From positions 9,853,458-9,917,457 of the forward strand of contig CM119267.1 of NCBI GenBank assembly GCA_051294375.1: a stretch of 64,000 nt of DNA, in the 5' to 3' direction. Under the pieces are notes generated by a model that ran no database searches, had not been told where the DNA came from, and saw nothing but the letters and a program-made list of their open reading frames with translations. Below are positions 39,301-54,073 of this stretch, in pieces. Both the position numbers and the translations under genes were made by a program. Numbering within the stretch: the first letter of the stretch is position 1; every line of letters starts with the position of its first letter. The stretch is from Paraspadella gotoi. Taxonomy: Eukaryota > Animalia > Chaetognatha.

Positions 39301-39836
39301 AGATTGCTATAAAAATCAAAGTCGTGGAGCAGGAATCGTAAGGCAGCCTTAAGCGTCTCAAGGTCGCCGACCAAGGGAACGCCGCTCTTGGGCCTTTTGG
39401 CAACAGGTTTATCGGGCGTTTCCGTCGAGTGGGAGAGCGTGAAAGGACCGAATCTATGATTGGTTTGCAAGAATTTCCGAGCCACTCCGTCAACGTCGGG
39501 TCGGCGGTAGCAGGCGCGACTCAGTGCTACGACCAAACGGTCATTGAAGGCGGGGTCTTCGTTGCCGGAGCGACTCGTGGCGCGAAGAACGATCTCTAAG
39601 AGGAGAGGAGAAAAGGAAAAGGCGATGTCGTCGGTCGCATCAGGATCGATGAATAGTTCGACAAGGATCTCGAGAAGTGACTGGCGGTGAGAAGTATTCC
39701 AGATTTGCAGGGAAAGAAATTGGTTAAGACGCTGAGGACAATGTGAGTTTTCTTTGCAAAGAGACTCTAGAGCAGAGAATACGGAGAGTCCCAATTCCTC
39801 AAAGGGAGGAGTTTCCCCTCCAGAACACGCGGACAT
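24333..39836 (-). CDS. MDN1: Midasin (Rea1) AAA-ATPase, ~5054 aa, two exons
   Basis: Tandem AAA modules (GASGFGKT, GETGVGKT, GETSVGKT, GETGCGKT, GSPGVGKT), a D/E-rich region and a C-terminal MIDAS domain (IALDDSGSM). A single phase-2 GT-AG intron at 35446-35784 joins exons 35785-39836 and 24333-35445. Confidence 0.97.
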
Positions 39837-40241
39837 GTTAAAGTTTTAAATCTGAAAATAGTGAAGACGAACATAGTTTGTACTCAAAAAAGAAAAGAGA
39901 AATATTTGATAAAAGTAAATAAATTAGTGACGTTTAAACTTTCGTTTATCGGGAAAAAAAATTAGGTGAGTTGATTTATTAGGGCCAAGACAAAAGCAGA
40001 CCAAAGCTTAAAATAAAGTCAAGCGCTCCTTGAGTCAAATAATGCAGTGAAACCAAGGAAAAAAAAAAGATCTGAAAAGTCAGCCACGCCTACTCTAGAG
40101 AACAAAAAAATATGATGACTTCTTGTCAGATAGGTATGTTTTGTCGTTAATATAAACTAAATCACCAGATCAAAACTTCATATCACAAAAAAACGCATGT
40201 TCAAGAATTCTCCAGAGGTGAGGGGTGTGCTGTGACGAGTG

Positions 40242-44449
<4,208 letters not shown>

Positions 44450-44549
44450 TTTTTACTTTTATCTAAAAAATAAAAAAAACAAAACAATGTTTACTATATG
44501 ATGTAAAATTAAATAAAAATTAACAAGAATAACGTAAATTTTCAAACAG

Positions 44550-46435
44550 TCAAGACCACGTTTCCTGTTGATATCGTCCCGTTCTTTCCATGTCTTTTAA
44601 ATACGCTTCAGCTTCGAGCTCAGATAATCCTTCTTCCTTCACTACAATTTTCCGAAAAGTCGCCCAAATGTCCTCGGGTATTCGCTTGGCGTTTCCGGCT
44701 AAAAAAACATACGCTCCCTTGTTGTGTATCAGTTGCCAAACCAGCGATGATTCCTCCAACAGTTTGTCCTGCACGTAGACCTTTTCATCGCCGTCTCGAG
44801 AAAAAGCGGTGAAAATTCGAAGAAGTCCTTGAGACTGAAGAGGACGCCACTCTTCGGCGCAGTAAAAGTCTTTCGTCTCGTGACGGCATCCGAAAAAAAG
44901 AAACAAGTTGCATTCGTTGGTCTCGGCAGTGAGGGTCCGCTCGTGGATGAGGCTGCGAAACGGCGCTACTCCAGTTCCGGGACCGATCATTATGAGCGGC
45001 GTCGATGGCGCGGGGAAGTCGAGGGTTCCTCTGCAAGTCCACAAAAGGGCGTGGCAGTCATTGCCGGGCGGCGAAGCGGCGAGCCAATTGGAACAGACAC
45101 CGAGTCGCGGCTCCATTAACTTGGTCCGGTACTTGACCACCGCGACAAGGATTTCCAAGACGTCCCCGTGCTTCCTCGGCGAAGAAGCTATGGAGAACGA
45201 GCGAGGTTGTAGCGGCGGGATGAGATCAAAAAGATATCTGTTTAAAATAAAAATTAATTTTCTTAAAACTGATCAAATGGACCTTTTCACCCAAAAAAAA
45301 AATTACCCACTAAGATGACATACTCGAACGGGACTTTGCTAGCGGCATGTGGAAAATCATGGAGCACTTCGACGCAGTTGCGCCTCATCCGGTTGCAGTA
45401 ATCCCACAAATCTTGGGTTCCTTCAGGAGTGAGAAACTCCTCGAGCTTTTCTTTCTCGTTTTCGTCGTCCGTGAAAGCCGCTAGGAGTTCCCAAAAGTAG
45501 AGGCGAGGAATCCCGTTGATATCGAGATAGTTTTCGACGAGGTAACGGACGGAACATGGATTGGGCAAACGGCTCGGTGTAATACCATCCGGGTTATTGG
45601 CGCGAAGGCGAAACTTTCGCGACGGATCGAGGTTGAGCAGTTGCAAAAAACGCGAGACGCTTTTCTCGGAATTGCGGGGACGGATAACAACGACGTCACC
45701 CGGTCGATACGAAATACCAGAATCACGAATGCAAAATCCAATTCGACGTACATCTTGCCAATGTTCAGAGCTCGTGACGCGATCATTGGCAGTAATTCTC
45801 GCTGAAAATGGAAATTCAGCCGAGGACCGCTCGTTTGACTCGTTGGAAGTGGCAACAACGTTAGCCTCAACTACGTCGGGCAACCACTCGACATTAAAAC
45901 GCGAAGGTAGAAGGGACCCGTCCGGCATTGGATCAACACCATCTGGCTGTGGAAACGCTGTGGAGAGATAAGCCTTGAAGCGCTGAATCCAGGGAGCCGC
46001 GACACCATCGACCCCAAGATCGTGTTGATCGTCGGCAAGTCCAAGCTCTTGGAAAGGCTCCGCTCCGAGTTGCTGCAATCGCTTGAAGAGACGCTTGGCC
46101 ACGAAGTTAAACTTTGGGTAGGAAGAATCCCCGAGACCGAGAACAGCGAAGGAGACGTTGGCTAGAGCGTCGGAAGGAAGCGCCCGTCGGAGAAGAAAGC
46201 GCCAGAAGCGCTTCATGTTGTCTGGCTCCTCGCCTTGACCAGTGGTTGAGCATACAAATACTACGGCGTCGAATTCTAACAAACGCTGAACTCGGAAATC
46301 ATCCATCGCAGCCACCCGAACATCGAGAAGCTGGCGGATGGCGATACGACCTACTCTCTCTGCGGTGTCCTGCGCCGTTCCCGTTTGGCTGCCAAAGAGC
46401 ACGGCCAAACGAGGCGTAGAGTCTGAACGCGACAT
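44550..46435 (-). CDS. NDOR1: NADPH-dependent diflavin oxidoreductase 1 (Tah18)
   Basis: LFGSQTGTAQD, CSTTGQGEEPDNM, LGLGDSSYPKFN, MIGPGTGVAPFRS, FFGCR, C-terminal QETWS. One intron at 45238-45323. Confidence 0.95.
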
Positions 46436-46936
46436 TGAATAACTAAAATGTCAACAAAAACAAAAGCAAACCTTTAGCGAAACTGTGCTAAAAATTTTAC
46501 TGGTTTTACACTTCTAAACAAACAAATTATCTGGAGCTTAAAACCGGGATTCTCTGACGGACAAATTAATGAATTTGCTCGCAGAGTTACAAAATACTAA
46601 TTTCCATGGCAAAAAACTCATTACTCTGCAGACGATCATAACGGATTATTAAATAGAAGTTTAAAAATATGTGTAAACCCACTAAATGGCGAAAACTTTT
46701 CAGAAGATTGTCAACCAAAAAGTACGATAAGTAAAATAAGCTAATCTTGAAGGTTCATGGTGAAAGATTGCCGTGGAGGCGTTTCCGTTCGGTGCCAGTC
46801 GATTGGAGGCGGAAAGATGAATCGTCCCGATATTGGGAATGGGGTGGGGAAATCATATTTGGTTTTGAGCCTCAAAAATCACACTAAAACGGGCGAGAAT
46901 CGAGTGGGGCGTAAAATCAAAAGTTCAATTTTAAAT

Positions 46937-47967
46937 TCATCGTCGCGATCTTTTCGCGGAAGATGGGCCGGAGGGAGTCTTGTCATTGTCTTGGTTGCTT
47001 TGCGCCGAGGCCTTGGTTCTCTTTCTGCCCGGTTTGGATGGTCCCGCCGTCGGAGTGGCTGGCGTGATCGAGGACACCGACGTGGGCGTCGCGGGAATGG
47101 CCGTAGTAATGGATGACGTCGAGGCGGAAGAGTCGTCGACCAAAGGCGTTGATTCTCGTACGGCGGCTTTCGGGTCTTCCTCCGATTCGCGATCAACGGT
47201 GGAACTATTAAAAAAAAATTTAAAAAAACGAGTTTATTTGTCAAATAAAACGCCAAGGGGTCTGAAAAGAAAAGAAAAATAAATAAATTGAATAAATGAT
47301 AAGAAAAGTTATTTTGCTCACCTCCTGGAACTATTTCCACTATTTGTCGAAGGACAAGCGTTCATAAGTGGACCAAAATCTTCGTTGGGTAATGCAAATT
47401 CTTCGTTTTTCTACAAGAACGAAAATGATATTAGGTCCTTATTCGAAACGACAATGTCCTTCCAGTCATCAAATATGTATGAGTGTTTTAAGCACTGACT
47501 AACCCTCGGGAAAGGAATGCACTCGGAATCGTTAAGCGCCTCTAAATCGTACATGCTGCCCAGTTTGGCCCAAATGTGTTCCGGCGTAATGACGATTTGC
47601 TTCGTAGTCGTTTTCCACTTTGAATTGAGCTTTCTACCAGCAAAAAGGTTTTACGTTCATATTTTATCGATCACTATTCAAGTATTCAAGTATGATACTC
47701 GGTACTCACCGGTGAATGCACATCATATGAATATTCTTGTCAACTCCTACCGGTTTATGACCGATCATCGCTTCAAAGAGCAGTATTTCTTGCTCAACTG
47801 ACCAGTTAAAATTAATCGAAAGTGTTTCTATGAACAAATTAAGAAAATGATATTACTAATGGTCGCCCTACGTAAAAAGATTTTCTTGATGGCTGTTTAC
47901 CGTCATGGTCGTTCAAATCCGCCACATCGGTTTCGCCAGTTGGTATTCCCGAATCATCCGTGTCCAT
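46937..47967 (-). CDS. MRGBP: MRG/MORF4L-binding protein (NuA4/Tip60 subunit, Eaf7 family), 5 exons
   Basis: Spliced translation [30 protein letters not shown]...[29 protein letters not shown], with a basic C-terminus SAKRSRR. Confidence 0.88.
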
Positions 47968-48221
47968 TTTAATAGCCGATCAAAACTTTCGACACAATAA
48001 ATCTAACTGAAAATTTCAACAAACCAACTACATTTAATAAGAACAAACAACGCATTCGATCTCGAATAAATAATTTGGTAAACAACATAACATTCATTCA
48101 ATTATTTTCTGTTTTCTAAGAACTTGCAACAGAAAAAAAATAAATAAAAAATCGTCAAACGTCAAGAAATCTTAGATAAAAAAGTGTCGTGATTAATAAG
48201 ATGTTTGTATAAATCTCATAT

Positions 48222-50624
48222 TCAATCATGCATCTGAATCATATTGTGCTTACAAACGCAGCATAACTTTGAGGGTCCAGCCTCGCTCAAATTGTCGACG
48301 CGATCGACGTCTTTATTTCCACAGTTGGTGCACATGAGGATCTTCAGTCCGGGCAAAGGCACGTTGTGAGCGACAACGAGGTGACGTTGTGTAGGTGTCA
48401 GCGATTCGAATTCCTTCGCGCAGTAACTGCAACGGTAACGCTCCTTCTTTTCACCAGATGACGAGCATTTGTTCACATGAACCATGAGTTGAGAGTTGAG
48501 GACCGTCTTCTGGTTGAGAAAGCGATTAAGCTTCGCTTTAGCAGCCGGTCGTTTCTCATCGCTGTCCACGGCCGTTTCCACGAGCGTTTTGTCCGGCAAA
48601 GGGGCTTTGATGACCAAACTGCTCTGTGAAGAAACACCAGGCGATCTACGCGAATCCGTCTCGAGCACGGAACTTGTGATTGCGCTGTCCTCTATGCCGA
48701 ACTGTTTCGTGAGAATTTCCCTGTCAATTACTTTCTTATGTTTCTCGGCGAGGTGTTGACAGAGTTTGATCCATTGCTCGATCTTCGTTCGTCCGGTGAC
48801 GGCTTCGTTACAAATGATGCAATTCATGTACGGTTTGTTAAGCGGAGGGTCTTTGCCCGAAAACTGCGTCGACAGCATGGCGGTGAATTCCTTGGTCGAC
48901 TGTGGTTGAGTCGTGGAAAGTGGCTTGAAGCTCGAAGATATAGAACCCTTTTTCGAATTGGTTCCCGAGGCGTTTATCGTTTTAATAGATTTTTTAATGG
49001 AAGAACAAGGAAGGGATTTCACTTGAGTTTTTTTCAGGTTGGTACAAAATGAGTCTGGCGAGTAAAAGGAATTATCACTAGCGTTATTGTTAATAGTGCT
49101 GTTATTATTGTTAGTATTGTTGTCGGTGTTTAGGTTTGCGCTTGGACGACAAGGGGTCTCTAACAAATCAAAGAATTCGTCGCCGAATGGAAGCGAATCC
49201 AATTCGATCGCGCTTAATCCTCCGGACGAAAGAAACTCGGTCTTCAAACCTACTTCGCAGTCTTTGTCAAGATGAGGATTAGGAGTAGAAATATTCCCGT
49301 CGACGGCGCCACCAATTTCCGAATTTCCCGCTCGTGTCGATTCAATCGGGCTAGGAAAGGTCTCCACATCGCGACCAACGTTCAAAACGGCCAATTGGTC
49401 ATTATCCAAAGCAGTCGCAGTGAATTCGGCGCAAATATTGGAAAGATCTGCGAGAACACCCTCGACGTTGAAGAGAGACTCGGCGTCGCCGGCCACCTCG
49501 AAGTCCGTGTCCAGCACGCGTTGACTGTAATTCTTTAATCCCTCCAACTCGAGCTTGACAGCGACGGCCTTGACGTCGACGGCATTGTGGACATGGATTT
49601 TGTCTTTGGCCAAAGTGCCGTACATGAAATCGAGGGCGATGACGAAGGCATCGAAGGTGAAGCCAAAATCTAAACGGAGGCCGTAGGACGAGGAATTGGC
49701 GCATTTATCGAAAATCCCCTTGAGAAAAGAGCTTCTTGCCGAGAGGACGATTTTGTGAGCGAAGACTTTGCGCTCTTCGACGACGAGAAAAACGTCCGTG
49801 AGGAACTCTTGCTCCCGATACGATCTTAGTTGGGCAAAAAAGCGGACGTCCTCTTCGCTTTTTTCCACCGGAAATGGAGAGAGAAAGTCCATGCTCGACG
49901 CTTGCCTTCGAGGCGTCTCGAGACTTTCCGTTGGTAGACGGGTAGAGCTCTTGGTTAATCGATTATCGTATACGGCAACGGGATCAGTGTTTACGGCGGC
50001 GTTTTTAGTAGAGTTTTCGACGAAAGCGTGTTGTTTACTGTAAGTGTAAAAGCCTCCCAGCGAACCGTTGCAAACGGAAAACGGTTGGATAGGAGAAGCG
50101 CTTTGCGCATCGTCCATTCGACTTTCCGAGTCGGCGGTCGCTATCGAGGAGTCCGCCGAAGGGCGCCCTCCGAGGCCGTTGTCTTCCGACGCGATTGAAT
50201 GCTCACTGGGAGAGGTTGACATTTCATGGAGATCGAACGTCGAAGGAGATTTCGGAGGAGGTGACGTGGCGACGGGCGCCGGAGAGAAACGAGACGTTGC
50301 GTAAGTGGGCAAAGAGGTTGGCGACGCTGTCACGTTTTTCTTTGTCTTGAGTCGGAGCTGCTCGCGGCGCCAACTCTTTCGAAAATCCTTTCGCACGAAA
50401 CCTTGTTTTTGGTAGGAAGTGGGATATTCCGAGCAGTAGTGCCTCTTGTTAGACCGGTGCTTGTTGAGAGAAGCCATGTCACGAATGGGCACCATGCAGA
50501 CGGCACAGAACACCGGGAAACGTTTCGGAATGACATAACCATTCTCAGGCATTAATGTGGGGCGTGGGGTCAAAGCCAGCCCCTGAGCGAGAAGTTGTGG
50601 AGGCGAAGGAATAAGAGTTTCCAT
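48222..50624 (-). CDS. BTB/POZ and zinc-finger protein, intronless, 800 aa
   Basis: BTB motif FLTDVFLVVEERKVFAHKIVLSARSSFLKGIF...LDFMYG; C2H2-like fingers at the N-terminus (CAVC..H..H) and in the C-terminal third. Confidence 0.85.
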   Translation of the reverse strand: METLIPSPPQLLAQGLALTPRPTLMPENGYVIPKRFPVFCAVCMVPIRDMASLNKHRSNKRHYCSEYPTSYQKQGFVRKDFRKSWRREQLRLKTKKNVTASPTSLPTYATSRFSPAPVATSPPPKSPSTFDLHEMSTSPSEHSIASEDNGLGGRPSADSSIATADSESRMDDAQSASPIQPFSVCNGSLGGFYTYSKQHAFVENSTKNAAVNTDPVAVYDNRLTKSSTRLPTESLETPRRQASSMDFLSPFPVEKSEEDVRFFAQLRSYREQEFLTDVFLVVEERKVFAHKIVLSARSSFLKGIFDKCANSSSYGLRLDFGFTFDAFVIALDFMYGTLAKDKIHVHNAVDVKAVAVKLELEGLKNYSQRVLDTDFEVAGDAESLFNVEGVLADLSNICAEFTATALDNDQLAVLNVGRDVETFPSPIESTRAGNSEIGGAVDGNISTPNPHLDKDCEVGLKTEFLSSGGLSAIELDSLPFGDEFFDLLETPCRPSANLNTDNNTNNNNSTINNNASDNSFYSPDSFCTNLKKTQVKSLPCSSIKKSIKTINASGTNSKKGSISSSFKPLSTTQPQSTKEFTAMLSTQFSGKDPPLNKPYMNCIICNEAVTGRTKIEQWIKLCQHLAEKHKKVIDREILTKQFGIEDSAITSSVLETDSRRSPGVSSQSSLVIKAPLPDKTLVETAVDSDEKRPAAKAKLNRFLNQKTVLNSQLMVHVNKCSSSGEKKERYRCSYCAKEFESLTPTQRHLVVAHNVPLPGLKILMCTNCGNKDVDRVDNLSEAGPSKLCCVCKHNMIQMHD

Positions 50625-50999
50625 AGTAATAAAATGTTTTCGGCAGAAAACGATCCGAGGTCATCTAATCATCGTCTGTAAAAGATTCGTAGAAGTAATA
50701 AAATTTAGCCAAGAGAAAACAAAGCTTCTTTTTGAAGAATAATTCGAATATATTTGGAAGTGAATATAAACTGATTGCTATATGACAACTCTGAAGCACC
50801 AATAACAAAATAAAATTCAACAAATATTTGTCTAGAATATTTGGCATAACTTATGCAATTATTAACTGTGAAGTTCGTGACTGACTAGTAGAACAACTTT
50901 AAACGTCTCGGATTATATTTTAAAGGTATATGCTGTCGAGGGTATATATGCTTAGGATCATTTCGTGATCGGTATAAATGCTCTAAAATAAAAATCGCT

Positions 51000-53089
51000 T
51001 TATCCGCTTTTCAATTTCAGATCTTTCGAATCAGAATGAGATTCTCTTCCTTGAATTTTCTTCTTCATGATGCGAGAAAAATAAAAAATTGCCATCAGTT
51101 GAAGAGACAAGGTCACTATGAGAGGATATATAGCGAAAACCGCATTATAGGCATGGCGCTTTACTGAAAAAAAAAAAGATAATTTATTGCTGATAAAGCA
51201 ATTGACATCAAAAATTAATTTTTCTCATACAATACCAAGTGTTGAACGATCTATATTCTTGAGATCAATAATTATTCCCGAAAACTGATTTAGCGTAGTA
51301 AATATGATGAAGAGATGAAAAATCTGATGTGAATGTCCTAAAAACATCACAAATTAAATAAAACATATAATACTAAAATATTTAAGTTTAAAAAAAAATT
51401 ACTGACCTAAAATGTCAAATTTGCCAGGAAAAAGAGATTGCGGAAGTTGCGTGACGTATACAATCCCACCAATAACAAAACAAATAATCTGTCTGCAATG
51501 AAACGGAAGAGCTGGCGAATAAACTTCATCGCCTGCAAATCCATAACGCCAGAGTCTATACACGATTGGAAGGATGATCCAAAGGTACATCAATAAAATA
51601 GGCACAGCCTAATTAAATACGCTTTGTTACTGATTAGTGTATTTATACGAACCTAACTATCATCTCGCAAAGTGAAGATGTGAACTACAGAAGGCTTCAT
51701 ATTAGAAAATGATAAGCCGTTTTTTGAGCCGAGAATCGGTTCCGGAATAACTTCTGGACCAAATGATGTTGAAATTTTGTATATATGATCCATGTGAGAA
51801 TACAAATAGAACTATCGAGGTTAATTTCAATATTTGACCCCTAAGCCGAGATATGGGCCCCAATGGTCAAAATTTTTCCAATATTTGAATTTTGAACAGT
51901 TGCATTTACATTTATTCAGAGTGAAAACGTATTTATTACGAACAAAAAACTAGTTGACCTTAATTTTTATGTACTTAAACATCAGCGGTTCATGCTAGAT
52001 TTGGAATAAGAGAAAATTTGAAGTAAAATGATGAACCATGCCATCGATTATTTAACAAAAATACATCAATTTTACACGTAAAATGGTTTTCTTATGTGGT
52101 TAAGACATAAATGCAACTGATGCCGCAAATAAATTCATGAAATCTTTTTAAAAAATTTAGGCTTTTTTAAAATTTTAATAAATTTGATCGAGTAGTTTGT
52201 GTAGAAAAAAAAAGAAAAAACGGAGTATCATTTTGATCTTCTAATATGAAGCCTTCTGTAGGTCCTTCATTTCCAATATTTTACCTGCCAAAGGGCTCTG
52301 GACTTCGGGTAAGGCTTTTGAAACATAACCTTGGACAAACAATTTCCAACACAAGCGTAAATACCGGTGACGATACACCCAAAAATAAAAAACTTCCGTG
52401 AAATATCGTAAAATTCATCGCAACTGCAATATATGAAATGAAGAACACCACTCGCCATTCCGTAAAGGCCAATTCCTGTTTTGAGAATTCAAGTTTTGAG
52501 AAAGAAAGAAAATCGTCAGAACCACCGATCGACTCACCCGCGTAGTCAAGCATGAAAAAAAGGTAGTGAGAAAATTCGGAACGTGACTGAAACGTATGCG
52601 CCGTCGTCGAGAAGAAATACATCAAAAAAGTAGAACCAAGACCGCAGAGAAGAGGCCAAAACAGAGGGTCGTAGACGAGGGAGTAGCCTAGCCGAGAACG
52701 ATCAAATTTTACATTAAGTGTTAATATTGGCATATAATGTTAATTTTTAACACGCGTGCAATTAATTACCTTCTTCGCAAAAGCGAAAACCCGTAAATAC
52801 TACTAAAAACATCCCGACGAGGTGCGTCCACATATTGAGAGTTTCGTTGTGAGGTTGGAATAAAGAGGCAACGTAATACCACCAAGGCTGGTCTGGTAAA
52901 CGGAACCCAAGTACAATTCCATCTTCCTTTTTAAAATTTAAAAGGGATTCGTTAATATTATTTTACATTCAAATGAACCTCAAATCGAATCATCCTAATA
53001 TGAATAGTGAATACCTGAAAAACGGATGGAACTTCGATTCGGGACTTAGTGGCCGGAAAGATAGGCTTGACATTTCCAAAACAAATCAT
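51000..53089 (-). CDS. PAQR family membrane progestin receptor-like protein
   Basis: Spliced: EVPSVFQEDGIVLGFRLPDQPWWYYVASLFQPHNETLNMWTHL, STTAHTFQSRSEFSHYLFFMLDYAG, PQSLFPGKFDILGHSHQIFH; stop at 51000. Confidence 0.88.
51688..52258. mobile_element. Tc1/mariner-like MITE in a PAQR intron
   Basis: TA|cagaaggcttcatattagaa ... ttctaatatgaagccttctg|TA: perfect 20-bp TIR with TA duplication. The same end recurs at 63010-63029. Confidence 0.85.
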
Positions 53090-53399
53090 AGTCAATATAT
53101 AGGTCAGAAGCAGCAATGAGACTAATAAAGTGATTCACAACCCCAAATTATCTCAAAAATTTCGATGAATATCATTTAAAACCAAATTAAACCCGAATAA
53201 ATATAATTCGGGACATAAAAACCTCAGTATATATGCATTTGTATCACCCTGGAGACTAAAAAATATACATAGTAACACTTGATAATAAAAGAATAGAAGG
53301 CAATCTTTGGCTAACATCAAAATAAAAAATCTTAAAAGTATAGTGATCTCGCCAGACTTTTTTATCAAAGAAAATTAAAGAAAAAACTAAAAAAAGCAT

Positions 53400-53830
53400 A
53401 ATGATCATTGCTCAATATTTATCAAAAAAAAAAATCATAAATGATATGATGATAACGAATGATTGATGCGATGATAACAAATTATTGATTGATGCGATGA
53501 TAGCGAATTTTTGAATGATAACAAATTATTAATTTAATTAAACAAATTTAATAAATTTCATTTAATTGAAGAAACTGAATGATTAAATAACGGAGAGATG
53601 AAGAAAAAAAAAAGAGAACGAGGGGAAGAAAAAAAATGAGATAAAAACCAGTTTTGCGATAGTAAAATGTTAACATACGCGACTGCAATGCTTTTCTTAA
53701 TATAACGAATTTGATCCTGATAAATAATTTTTTTTTAATAAAAAACAAGAGAAAGAAAAAGAAAGAAGTCCAGCCGCTGCAGAGCTCAACTCGTTTTTTG
53801 AATCAGAAGAAGCAGCGATTAAGAAAAAAA
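53400..53830 (-). repeat. Fragment related to the interior of the 4093-6992 element
   Basis: Reverse complement resembles 4583-4630 (ctgcttcttct..aaaaacgagtt..gctctgcagcg) and the atcatcgcatcaat units at 5290-5420. Confidence 0.6.
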
Positions 53831-54073
53831 AATATTAAAAAAAAGTTTTCTTATACTATATGCTAATTTGCATATTACAGTTAATCATATTGTAAAGGGA
53901 ATTTAAAAATATGAAGCATGTTATTTCAAAAGATTTTAAAGATGAAAAGCCATATTTAAATTTTTAACTTCCTACAAATACATACTTTGACAATACCGAC
54001 GACGACGTCACTAAGAAGCACAAGTAAACCTAAATCTCGCCCAAGGCGGGCATAGACTATTTAAAGGGCTTTT

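Noticed and set aside
47205-47263. Alternative acceptor or micro-exon in MRGBP (ttttcag at 47262)
   Set aside because: The downstream acceptor at 47205 already gives the correct frame; the upstream one would introduce an in-frame TAA, and there is no transcript evidence.
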